Assembly: GCA_964016885.1 (NCBI GenBank)
Contig: OZ024747.1
Location: forward strand, 32,488,001 to 32,552,000
Reading direction: 5' to 3'
DNA from: Eledone cirrhosa
Lineage: Eukaryota
DNA: 64,000 bases
Part shown: piece after piece, positions 1-15,000 of the stretch
Position numbering within the stretch: the first letter of the stretch is position 1
Layout of the letters: every line of letters begins with the position of its first letter
Translations under genes and position numbers: made by a program
Notes under the pieces: model-generated
Told to the model about the DNA's origin: nothing
Seen by the model: the letters and a program-made list of their open reading frames with translations, nothing else
Databases searched by the model: none

Positions 1-3000
1 GAAATATATAGTATAGTATTACTGTTAAAAATATATAGTGCAATATTACTGTTGAAAATATATAGTATAGTATAGTATTACTGTTGAAAATATATAGTAT
101 AGTGTTACTTTTGAAAATATATAGTATAGTATTACTGTTGAAAATATATAGTATAGTACAGTATTACTGTTGAAAATATATAGTATAGTATTACTGTTGA
201 AAATATATAGTATAGTATTACTGTTGGAAATATATAGTATTACTTTTGAAAATATATAGTATAGTATAGTATTACTGTTGAAAATATATAGTATAGTATT
301 ATTGTTGAAAATATATAGTATAGTATTACTGTTGGAAATATATAGTACAGTATTACTGTTGCAAATATATAATATTACTGTTGAAAAGATATAGTATAGT
401 ATTACTGTTGAAAATATATTGTATATTATTACTGTTGAAAATATATAGTATAGTATAGTATTACTGTTGAAAATATATAGTATAGTATTATTATTGAAAA
501 TATATAGTATAGTATTACTGTTGGAAATATATAGTACAGTATTACTGTTGGAAATATATAGTATTACTGTTGAAAAGATATAGTATAGTATTACTGTTGA
601 AAATATTTAGAATAGTATTACTGTTGAAAATATATACTACAGTATTACTATTGGAAATATATAGTACAGTATTACTATTGGAATTATATAGTACAGTATT
701 ACTGTTGAAAATATATAGTATAGTATTACTGTAGAAAATATATAGTATAGTATAGTATACGGTTGAAAATATATAGTACAGTATTACTGTTGAAAATATA
801 TAGTATAGTATTACTGTTGGAAATATTTAGTATAGTATTACTGTTGGAAATATATAGTACAGTATTACTGTTGAAAATATATAGTATTACATTTGAAAAA
901 ATATAGTATTGTATTACTGTTGAAAATATATAGTATAGTATAGTATTACTGTTGAAAATATATAGTATAGTATTATTGTTGAAAATATATAGTATAGTAT
1001 TACTGTTGGAAATATATAGTACAGTATTACTGTTGGAAATATATAGTATTACTGTTGAAAAGATATAGTATAGTATTACTGTTGAAAATATATAGTATAG
1101 TATTACTGTTGGAAATATATAGTATAGTATTACTGTTGGAAATATATAGTACAGTATTACTGTTGGAAATATATAGTACAGTATTACTGTTGAAAATATA
1201 TAGTATCGTATTACTGTTGAAAATATATAGTATAGTATTACTGTTGAAAATATATAGTATAGTATTACTGTTGAAAATATATAGTATAGTATTACTGTTG
1301 AAAATATATAGTATAGTATTACTGTTGGAAATATATAGTATAGTATTACTGTTAAAAATATATAGTGCAATATTACTGTTGAAAATATATAGTATAGTAT
1401 AGTATTACTGTTGAAAATATATAGTATAGTGTTACTTTTGAAAATATATAGTATAGTATTACTGTTGAAAATATATAGTATAGTACAGTATTACTGTTGA
1501 AAATATATAGTATAGTATTACTGTTGAAAATAAATAGTATAGTATTACTGTTGGAAATATATAGTATTACTTTTGAAAATATATAGTATAGTATAGTATT
1601 ACTGTTGAAAATATATAGTATAGTATTATTGTTGAAAATATATAGTATAGTATTACTGTTGGAAATATATAGTACAGTATTACTGTTGCAAATATATAGT
1701 ATTACTGTTGAAAAGATATAGTATAGTATTACTGTTGAAAATATATTGTATATTATTACTGTTGAAAATATATAGTATAGTATAGTATTACTGTTGAAAA
1801 TATATAGTATAGTATTATTATTGAAAATATATAGTATAGTATTACTGTTGGAAATATATAGTACAGTATTACTGTTGGAAATATATAGTATTACTGTTGA
1901 AAAGATATAGTATAGTATTACTGTTGAAAATATTTAGAATAGTATTACTGTTGAAAATATACAGTATAGTATTACTGTTGAAAATATATAGTACAGTATT
2001 ACTGTTGAAAATATATAGTATAGTATTACTGTCGAAAACATAATATAGTATTACTGTTGAAAATATATAGTACAGTATTACTGTTGAAAACATATATTAT
2101 AGTATTACTGTTAAAAATATATAGTATAGTATTACCATTGAAAATATATAGTATAGTACTACTGTTTAAAATATATAGTTTAGTATAGTACTACTGTTGA
2201 AAATATATAGTATAGTATAGTATTACTGTTGAAAATATATAGTATAGTATTATTGTTGAAAATATATAGTATAGTATTACTGTTGGAAATATATAGTACA
2301 GTATTACTTTTGGAAATATATAGTATTACTGTTGAAAAGATATAGTATAGTATTACTGTTGAAAATATATAGTATAGTATTACTGTTGGAAATATATAGT
2401 ATAGTATTACTGTTGGAAATATATAGTACAGTATAACTGTTGGAAATATATAGTACAGTATTACTGTTGAAAATATATAGTATAGTATTACTGTTGAAAA
2501 TATATAGTATAGTATTACTGTTGAAAATATATAGTATAGTATTACTGTTGAAAATATATAGTATAGTATTACTGTTGAAAATATATAGTATAGTATTACT
2601 GTTGGAAATATATAGTATAGTATTACTGTTAAAAATATATAGTGCAATATTACTGTTGAAAATATATAGTATAGTATAGTATTACTGTTGAAAATATATA
2701 GTATAGTGTTACTTTTGAAAATATATAGTATAGTATTACTGTTGAAAATATATAGTATAGTACAGTATTACTGTTGAAAATATATAGTATAGTATTACTG
2801 TTGAAAATATATAGTATAGTATTACTGTTGGAAATATATAGTATTACTTTTGAAAATATATAGTATAGTATAGTATTACTGTTGAAATTATATAGTATAG
2901 TATTATTGTTGAAAATATATAGTATAGTATTACTGTTGGAAATATATAGTACAGTATTACTGTTGCAAATATATAGTATTACTGTTGAAAAGATATAGTA

Positions 3001-6000
3001 TAGTATTACTGTTGAAAATATATTGTATATTATTACTGTTGAAAATATATAGTATAGTATAGTATTACTGTTGAAAATATATAGTATAGTATTATTATTG
3101 AAAATATATAGTATAGTATTACTGTTGGAAATATATAGTACAGTATTACTGTTGGAAATATATAGTATTACTGTTGAAAAGATATAGTATAGTATTACTG
3201 TTGAAAATATTTAGAATAGTATTACTGTTGAAAATATATACTACAGTATTACTATTGGAAATATATAGTACAGTATTACTATTGGAATTATATAGTACAG
3301 TATTACTGTTGAAAATATATAGTATAGTATTACTGTAGAAAATATATAGTATAGTATAGTATACGGTTGAAAATATATAGTACAGTATTACTGTTGAAAA
3401 TATATAGTATAGTGTAACTGTTGAAAATATATAGTATAGTATTACTGTTGAAAACATAGTATAGTATTAATGTTGGAAATATACAGTATAGTATTACTGT
3501 TGAAAATATATGGTATAGTATTACTGTTGAAAATATATAGTACAGTATTACTGTTGAAAATATATAGTACAGTATTACTGTTGAAAATATATAGTACAGT
3601 ATTACTGTTAAACATATATGGTATAGTATTACTGTTGAAAACATAGTATAGTATTACTGTCCAAAACATAATATAGTATTACTGTTGAAAATATATAGTA
3701 CAGTATTACTGTTGGAAATATATATTATTGCTGTTGAAAAGATATAGTATAGTATTACTGTTGAAAATATATAGTATAGTATTACTGTTGAAAATATATA
3801 GTATAGTATTACTGTTGGAAATATATAGTATAGTATTACTGTTGGAAATATATAGTATAGTATTACTGTTGGAAAAATATAGTACAGTATTACTGTTGGA
3901 AATATATAGTACAGTATTACTGTTGAAAATATATAGTATTACTTTTGAAAAAATATAGTATAGTATTACTGTTGAAAATATATAGTATAGTATAGTATTA
4001 CTGTTGAAAATATATAGTATAGTATTATTGTTGAAAATATATAGTATAGTATTACTGTTGGAAATATATAGTACAGTATTACTGTTGGAAATATATAGTA
4101 TTACTGTTGAAAAGATATAGTATAGTATTACTGTTGAAAATATATAGTATAGTATTACTGTTGGAAATATATAGTATGGTATTACTGTTGGAAATATATA
4201 GTACAGTATTACTGTTGGAAATATATAGTACAGTATTACTGTTGAAAATATATAGTATAGTATTACTGTTGAAAATATATAGTATAGTATATTATTACTG
4301 TTGAAAATATATAGTATAGTATTACTGTTGAAAATATATAGTATAGTATTACTGTTGGAAATATATAGTACAGTATTACTGTTAAAAATATATAGTATTA
4401 CTTTTGAAAATATATAGTATAGTATTACTGTTGAAAATATATAGTATAGTATAGTATTACTGTTGAAAATATATAGTATAGTATTATTGTTGAAAATATA
4501 TAGTATAGTATTACTATTGGAAATATATAGTACAGTATTACCGTTGGAAATATATAGTATTACTGTTGAAAAGATATAGTATAGTATTACTGTTGAAAAT
4601 ATATAGTATAGTATTATTATCGAATATATATAGTATAGAATTACTGTTGGAAATATATAGTACAGTATTACTGTTGGAAATATATAGTATTACTGTTGAG
4701 AAGATATAGTATAGTATTACTGTTGAAAATATATAGTATAGTATAGTATCACTGTTGCAAATATATAGTACACTATTACTGTTGAAAATATATAGTATAG
4801 TATTACTGTTGAAAATATATAGTATAGTATAGTATTACTGTTGGAAATATATAGCACAGTATTACTGTTGAAAATATATAGTATAGTATTACTGTTGAAA
4901 ATATACAGTATAGAATAGTATTACTGTTGGAAATATATAGTATAGTATTATTATTGAAAATATATAGTATAGTATTACTATTGGAAATATATAGTACATT
5001 ATTACTGTTGGAAATATATAGTATTACTGTTGAAAAGATATCGTAGAGTATTACTGTTGAAAATATATAGTATAGTATTACTGTTGGAAATATATAGTAC
5101 AGTATTACTATTGGAATTATATAGTACAGTATTACTTTTGAAAATATATAGTATAGTATAGTATACGGTTGAAAATATATAGTACAGTATTACTGTTGAA
5201 AATATATAGTATAGTATTACTGTTGAAAACATTGTATAGTATTACTGTTGGAAATATACAGTATAGTATTACTGTTGAAAATATATGGTATAGTATTACT
5301 GTTTAAAATATATAGTATACTATTACTGTTGAAAATATATATTACAGTAGTACTGTTGAATATATATAGTATAGTATTACTGTCGAAAACATAATATAGT
5401 ATTACTCTTGAAAATTTATAGTACAGTATTACTGTTGAAAACATATATTATAGTATTACTGTTAAAAATATATAGTATAGTATTACCATTGAAAATATAT
5501 AGTATAGTACTACTGTTGAAAATATATAGTATAATATAGTACTACTGTTGAAAATATATAGTATAGTATTACTGTTGAAAATATATAGTACAATATTACT
5601 GTTGAAAATATATAGTACAGTATTACTGTTGAAAATATATAGTATAGTATTACTGTTGAAAATATATAGTATAGTATTACTGTTGGAAATATATAGTACA
5701 GTATTACTGTTGAAAATTTATAGCATTACTTTTGAAAATATATAGTATAGTATTACTGTTGAAAATATATAGTTTAGTATAGTATTACTGTTGAAAATAT
5801 ATAGTATAGTATTATTGTTGAAAATATATAGTATAGTATTAATGTTAGAAATATATAGTACAGTATTACTGTTGGAAATATATAGTATTACTGTTGAAAA
5901 GATATAGTATAGTATTACTGTTGAAAATATATAGTATAGTATTACTGTTGAAAATATATAGTATAGTATAGTATTACTGTTGAAAATATATAGTATAGTA

Positions 6001-9000
6001 TTATTATTGAAAATATATAGTATAGTATTACTGTTGGAAATATATAGCACAGTATTACTGTTGGAAATATATAGTATTACTGTTGAAAAGTTATAGTATA
6101 GTATTACTGTTGAAAATATATAGTATAGTATTACTGTTGAAAATATATACTATAGTATTACTGTTGGAAATATATAGTACAGTATTACTGTTGGAATTAT
6201 ATAGTACAGTATTACTGTTGAAAATATATAGTATAGTATTACTGTTGAAAATATATAGTATAGTATAGTATATGGTTGAAAATATATAGTACAGTATTAC
6301 TGTTGAAAATATATAGTATAGTGTAACTGTTGAAAATATATAGTATAGTATTACTGTTGAAAACATAGTATAGTATTACTGTTGGAAATATACAGTATAG
6401 TATTACTGTTGAAAATATATGGTATAGTATTACTGTTGAAAATATATAGTACAGTATTACTGTTGAAAATATATAGTACAGTATTACTGTTGAAAATATA
6501 TAGTATAGTATTACTGTTGAAAATATATAGTACAGTATTACTGTTGAAAATATATAGTATAGTATTACTGTTGAAAATATATAGTATAGTATTACTGTTG
6601 AAAATATATAGTATAGTATAGTATTACTGTTGAAAATATATAGTATAGTATTACTGTTGAAAATATATAGTATAGTATAGTATTACTGTTGGAAATATAT
6701 AGTATAGTATTATTATTGAAAATATATAGTATTACTATTGGAAATATATAGTACATTATTACTGTTGGAAATATATAGTATTACTGTTGAAAAGATATCG
6801 TAGAGTATTACTGTTGAAAATATATAGTATAGTATTACTGTTGGAAATATATAGTACAGTATTACTATTGGAATTATATAGTACAGTATTACTTTTGAAA
6901 ATATATAGTATAGTATAGTATACGGTTGAAAATATATAGTACAGTATTACTGTTGAAAATATATAGTATAGTATTACTGTTGAAAACATTGTATAGTATT
7001 ACTGTTGGAAATATACAGTATAGTATTACTGTTGAAAATATATGGTATAGTATTACTGTTTAAAATATATAGTATACTATTACTGTTGAAAATATATAGT
7101 ACAGTAGTACTGTTGAAAATATATAGTATAGTATTACTGTCGAAAACATAATATAGTATTACTGTTGAAAATTTATAGTACAGTATTACTGTTGAAAACA
7201 TATATTATAGTATTACTGTTAAAAATATATAGTATAGTATTACCATTGAAAATATATAGTATAGTACTACTGTTGAAAATATATAGTATAGTATAGTACT
7301 ACTGTTGAAAATATATAGTATAGTATTACTGTTGAAAATATATAGTACAATATTACTGTTGAAAATATATAGTACAGTATTACTGTTGAAAATATATAGT
7401 ATAGTATTACTGTTGAAAATATATAGTATAGTATTACTGTTGGAAATATATAGTACAGTATTACTGTTGAAAATTTATAGTATTACTTTTGAAAATATAT
7501 AGTATAGTATTACTGTTGAAAATATATAGTTTAGTATAGTATTACTGTTGAAAATATATAGTATAGTATTATTGTTGAAAATATATAGTATAGTATTAAT
7601 GTTGGAAATATATAGTACAGTATTACTGTTGGAAATATATAGTATTACTGTTGAAAAGATATAGTATAGTATTACTGTTGAAAATATATAGTATAGTATT
7701 ACTGTTGAAAATATATAGTATAGTATAGTATTACTGTTGAAAATATATAGTATAGTATTATTATTGAAAATATATAGTATAGTATTACTGTTGGAAATAT
7801 ATAGCACAGTATTACTGTTGGAAATATATAGTATTACTGTTGAAAAGTTATAGTATAGTATTACTGTTGAAAATATATAGTATAGTATTACTGTTGAAAA
7901 TATATACTATAGTATTACTGTTGGAAATATATAGTACAGTATTACTGTTGGAATTATATAGTACAGTATTACTGTTGAAAATATATAGTATAGTATTACT
8001 GTTGAAAATATATAGTATAGTATAGTATACGGTTGAAAATATATAGTACAGTATTACTGTTGAAAATATATAGTATAGTGTAACTGTTGAAAATATATAG
8101 TATAGTATTACTGTTGAAAACATAGTATAGTATTACTGTTGGAAATATACAGTATAGTATTACTGTTGAAAATATATGGTATAGTATTACTGTTGAAAAT
8201 ATATAGTACAGTATTACTGTTGAAAATATATAGTACAGTATTACTGTTGAAAATATATAGTATAGTATTACTGTTGAAAATATACAGTACAGTATTACTG
8301 TTGAAAATATATAGTATAGTATTACTGTTGAAAATATATAGTATAGTATTACTGTTGAAAATATATAGTATAGTATAGTATTACTGTTGAAAATATATAG
8401 TATAGTATTACTGTTGAAAATATATAGTATAGAATTACTGTTGGAAATATATAGTATAGTATTACTGTTGAAAATATATAGTACAATATTACTGTTGAAA
8501 ATACATAGTACAGTATTACTGTTCAAAATATATAGTATAGTATTACTGTTGAAAATATATAGTATAGTATAGTATCACTGTTGGAAATATATAGTACAAT
8601 ATTACTGTTGAAAATATGTAGTACAGTATTACTGTTGAAAATATATAGTATAGTATTACTGTTGAAAATATATAGTATAGTATTACTGTCGAAAACATAA
8701 TATAGTATTACTGTTGAAAATATATAGTACAGTATTACTGTTGAAAATATATAGTATAGTATTACTGTCGAAAACATAATATAGTATTACTGTTGAAAAT
8801 ATATAGTACAGTATTACTGTTGAAAACATATAGTATAGTATTACTGTTAAAAATATATAGTATAGTATTACCGTTGAAAATATATAGTATAGTACTACTG
8901 TTGAAAATATATAGTATAGTATAGTACTACTGTTGAAAATATATAGTATAGTATTACTGTTGAAAATATATAATATAGTATTACTGTTGAAAATATATAG

Positions 9001-12000
9001 TATAGTATTACTATTGGAAATATATAGTATAGTATTACTGTTGGAAATATATAGTATAGTATTACTGTTGGAAATATATAGTACAGTATTACTGTTGAAA
9101 ATATATAGTATTACTTTTGAAAAAATATAGTCTAGTATTAATGTTGAAAATATATCGTATAGTATTATTGTTGAAAATATATAGTATAGTATTACTGTTG
9201 GAAATATATAGTACAGTATTACTATTGGAAATATATAGTATTACTGTTGAAAATATATAGTATAGTATTACTGTTGAAAATATATAGTATAGTATAGTAT
9301 TATTGTTGAAAATATATAGTATAGTATTATTGTTGAAAATATATAGTATAGTATTACTGTTGGAAATATATAGTGCAGTATTACTGTTGGAAATATAGAG
9401 TATAGTATTACTGTCGAAAACATAATATAGTATTACTGTTGAAAATATATAGTACAGTATTACTGTTGAAAACATATAGTATAGTATTACTGTTAAAAAT
9501 ATATAGTATAGTATTACCGTTGAAAATATATAGTATAGTACTACTGTTGAAAATATATAGTATAGTATAGTACTACTGTTGAAAATATATAGTATAGTAT
9601 TACTGTTGAAAATATATAATATAGTATTACTGTTGAAAATATATAGTATAGTATTACTATTGGAAATATATAGTATAGTATTACTGTTGGAAATATATAG
9701 TATAGTATTACTGTTGGAAATATATAGTACAGTATTACTGTTGAAAATATATAGTATTACTTTTGAAAAAATATAGTCTAGTATTAATGTTGAAAATATA
9801 TCGTATAGTATTATTGTTGAAAATATATAGTATAGTATTACTGTTGGAAATATATAGTACAGTATTACTATTGGAAATATATAGTATTACTGTTGAAAAT
9901 ATATAGTATAGTATTACTGTTGAAAATATATAGTATAGTATAGTATTATTGTTGAAAATATATAGTATAGTATTATTGTTGAAAATATATAGTATAGTAT
10001 TACTGTTGGAAATATATAGTGCAGTATTACTGTTGGAAATATAGAGTACAGTATTACTGTTGAAAATATATAGTATAGTATTACGGTTGAAAATATATAG
10101 TATAGTATTTCTGTTGAAAATATATAGTATAGTATAGTATTACTGTTGGAAATATATAGTATAGTATTATTATTGAAAATATATAGTATAGTATTACTGT
10201 TGGAAATATATAGTACAGTATTACTGTTGAAAATATATAGTATAGTATTAATGTTGGAAATATATAGTGCAGTATTACTGTTGGAAATATATAGTACAGT
10301 ATTACTGTTGAAAATATATAGTATAGTATTACTGTTGAAAATATATAGTATAGTATTTCTGTTGAAAATATATAGTATAGTATAGTATTACTGTTGGAAA
10401 TATATAGTATAGTATTATTATTGAAAATATATAGTACAGTATTACTGTTGGAAATATATAGTACAGTATTACTGTTGAAAATATATAGTATAGTATTAAT
10501 GTTGAAAATATATAGTATAGTATTTCTGTTGAAAATATATAGTATAGTATAGTATTACTGTTGGAAATATATAGTATAGTATTATTATTGAAAATATATA
10601 GTATAGTATTACTGTTGGAAATGTATAGTATTACTGTTGAAAAGATATCGTAGAGTATTACTGTTGAAAATATATAGTATAGTATTACTGTTGAAATAGA
10701 TAGTACAGTATTACTATTGGAATCATATAGTACAGTATTACTGTTGAAAATATATAGTATAGTATAGTATACAGTTGAAAATATATAGTTCAGTATTACT
10801 GTTGAAAATATATAGTATAGTATTACTGTTGAAAACATAGTATAGTATTACTGTTGGAAATATACAGTATAGTATTACTGTTGAAAATATATGGTATAGT
10901 ATTACTGTTGAAAATATATAGTATAGTATTACTGTTGAAAATATATAGTACAGTATTACTGTTGAAAATATATAGTATGGTATTACTGTCGAAAACATAA
11001 TATAGTATTACTGTTGAAAATATATAGTACAGTATTACTGTTGAAAACATATATTAGAGTATTACTGTTAAAAATATATAGTATAGTATTACCATTGAAA
11101 ATATATAGTATAGTACTACTGTTGAAAATATATAGTATAGTATAGTACTACTGTTGAAAATATATAGTATAGTATTACTGTTGAAAATATATAGTATAGT
11201 ATTACTGTTGGAAATATATAGTACAGTATTACTGTTGAAAATTTATAGCATTACTTTTGAAAATATATAGTATAGTATTACTGTTGAAAACATATAGTTT
11301 AGTATAGTATTACTGTTGAAAATATATAGTATAGTATTATTGTTGAAAATATATAGTATAGTATTAATGTTGGAAATATATAGTACAGTATTACTGTTGG
11401 AAATATATAGTATTACTGTTGAAAAGATATAGTATAGTATTACTGTTGAAAATATATAGTATAGTATTACTGTTGAAAATATATAGTATAGTATAATATT
11501 ACTGTTGAAAATATATAGTATAGTATTATTATTGAAAATATATAGTATAGTATTACTTTTGGAAATATATAGCACAGTATTACTGTTGGAAATATATAGT
11601 ATTACTGTTGAAAAGTTATAGTATAGTATTACTGTTGAAAATATATACTATAGTATTACTGTTGGAAATATATAGTACAGTATTACTATTGGAATTATAT
11701 AGTACAGTATTACTGTTGAAAATATATAGTATAGTATTACTGTTGAAAATATATAGTATAGTATAGTATACGGTTGAAAATATATAGTACAGTATTACTG
11801 TTGAAAATATATAGTATAGTGTAACTGTTGAAAATATATAGTATAGTATTACTGTTGAAAACATAGTATAGTATTACTGTTGGAAATATACAGTATAGTA
11901 TTACTGTTGAAAATATATGGTATAGTATTACTGTTGAAAATATATAGTACAGTATTACTGTTGAAAATATATAGTACAGTATTACTGTTGAAAATATATA

Positions 12001-15000
12001 GTATAGTATTACTGTTGAAAATATATAGTACAGTATTACTGTTGAAAATATATAGTATAGTATTACAGTTGAAAATATATAGTATAGTATTACTGTTGAA
12101 AATATATAGTATAGTATAGTATTACTGTTGAAAATATATAGTATAGTATTACTGTTGAAAATATATAGTATAGTATTACTGTTGGAAATATATAGTATAG
12201 TATTACTGTTGAAAATATATAGTACAATATTACTGTTGAAAATACATAGTACAGTATTACTGTTCAAAATATATAGTATAGTATTACTGTTGAAAATATA
12301 TAGTATAGTATAGTATCACTGTTGGAAATATATAGTACAATATTACTGTTGAAAATATGTAGTACAGTATTACTGTTGAAAATATATAGTATAGTATTAC
12401 TGTTGAAAATATATAGTATAGTATTACTGTCGAAAACATAATATAGTATTACTGTTGAAAATATATAGTACAGTATTACTGTAGAAAATATATAGTATAG
12501 TATTACTGTCGAAAACATAATGGAGTATTACTGTTGAAAATATATAGTACAGTATTACTGTTGAAAACATATAGTATAGTATTACTGTTAAAAATATATA
12601 GTATAGTATTACCGTTGAAAATATATAGTATAGTACTACTGTTGAAAATATATAGTATAGTATAGTACTACTGTTGAAAATATATAGTATAGTATTACTG
12701 TTGAAAATATATAGTATAGTATTACTATTGAAAATATATAGTATAGTATTACTATTGGAAATATATAGTATAGTATTACTGTTGGAAATATATAGTACAG
12801 TATTACTGTTGAAAATATATAGCATTACTTTTGAAAAAATATAGTCTAGTATTACTGTTGAAAATATATAGTATAGTATTATTGTTGAAAATATATAGTA
12901 TAGTATTACTGTTGGAAATATATAGTACAGTATTTCTGTTGGAAATATATAGTATTACTGTTGAAAATATATAGTATAGTATTACTGTTGAAAATATATA
13001 GTATAGTATAGTATTATTGTTGAAAATATATAGTATAGTATTATTGTTGAAAATATATAGTATAGTATTACTGTTGGAAATATATAGTGCAGTATTACTG
13101 TTGGAAATATATAGTACAGTATTACTGTTGAAAATATATAGTATAGTATAGTATTACTGTTGGAAATATATAGTATAGTATTATTATTGAAAATATATAG
13201 TATAGTATTACTGTTGGAAATATATAGTACAGTATTACTGTTGGAAATATATAGTATTACTGTTGAAAAGATATCGTAGAGTATTACTGTTGAAAATATA
13301 TAGTATAGTATTACTGTTGAAATATATAGTACAGTATTACTATTGGAATTATATAGTACAGTATTACTGTTTAAAATATATAGTATAGTATAGTATACAG
13401 TTGAAAATATATAGTTCAGTATTACTGTTGAAAATATATAGTATAGTATTACTGTTGAAAACATAGTATAGTATTACTGTTGGAAATATACATTATAGTA
13501 TTACTGTTGAAAATATATGGTATAGTATTACTGTTGAAAATATATAGTATAGTATTACTGTTGAAAATATATAGTACAGTATTACTGTTGAAAATTTATA
13601 GCATTACTTTTGAAAATATATAGTATAGTATTACTGTTGAAAACATATAGTTTAGTATAGTATTACTGTTGAAAATATATAGTATAGTATTATTGTTGAA
13701 AATATATAGTATAGTATTAATGTTGGAAATATATAGTACAGTATTACTGTTGGAAATATATAGTATTACTGTTGAAAAGATATAGTATAGTATTACTGTT
13801 GAAAATATATAGTATTGTATTACTGTTGAAAATATATAGTATAGTATAATATTACTGTTGAAAATATATAGTATAGTATTATTATTGAAAATATATAGTA
13901 TAGTATTACTGTTGGAAATATATAGCACAGTATTACTGTTGGAAATATATAGTATTACTGTTGAAAAGTTATAGTATAGTATTACTGTTGAAAATATATA
14001 GTATAGTATTACTGTTGAAAATATATAGTATAGTATAGTATTATTGTTGAAAATATATAGTATAGTATTATTGTTGAAAATATATAGTATAGTATTACTG
14101 TTGGAAATATATCGTGCAGTATTACTGTTGGAAATATATAGTACAGTATTACTGTTGAAAATATATAGTATAGTATAGTATTACTGTTGGAAATATATAG
14201 TATAGTATTATTATTGAAAATATATAGTATAGTATTACTGTTGGAAATATATAGTACAGTATTACTGTTGGAAATATATAGTATTACTGTTGAAAAGATA
14301 TCGTAGAGTATTACTGTTGAAAATATATAGTATAGTATTACTGTTGAAATATATAGTACAGTATTACTATTGGAATTATATAGTACAGTATTACTGTTGA
14401 AAATATATAGTATAGTATAGTATACAGTTGAAAATATATAGTTCAGTATTACTGTTGAAAATATATAGTATAGTATTACTGTTGAAAACATAGTATAGTA
14501 TTACTGTTGGAAATATACAGTATAGTATTACTGTTGAAAATATATGGTATAGTATTACTGTTGAAAATATATAGTATAGTATTACTGTTGAAAATATATA
14601 GTACAGTATTACTGTTGAAAATATATAGTATGGTATTACTGTCGAAAACATAATATAGTATTACTGTTGAAAATATATAGTACAGTATTACTGTTGAAAA
14701 CATATATTATAGTATTACTGTTAAAAATATATAGTATACTATTACCATTGAAAATATATAGTATAGTACTACTGTTGAAAATATATAGTATAGTATAGTA
14801 CTACTGTTGAAAATATATAGTATAGTATTACTGTTGAAAATATATAGTATAGTATTACTGTTGAAAATATATATAGTATAGTATTACTGTTGGAAATATA
14901 TAGTATAGTATTACTGTTGGAAATATATAGTACAGTATTACTGTGGGAAATATATAGTACAGTATTACTGTTGAAAACATATAGTATAGTATTACTGTTG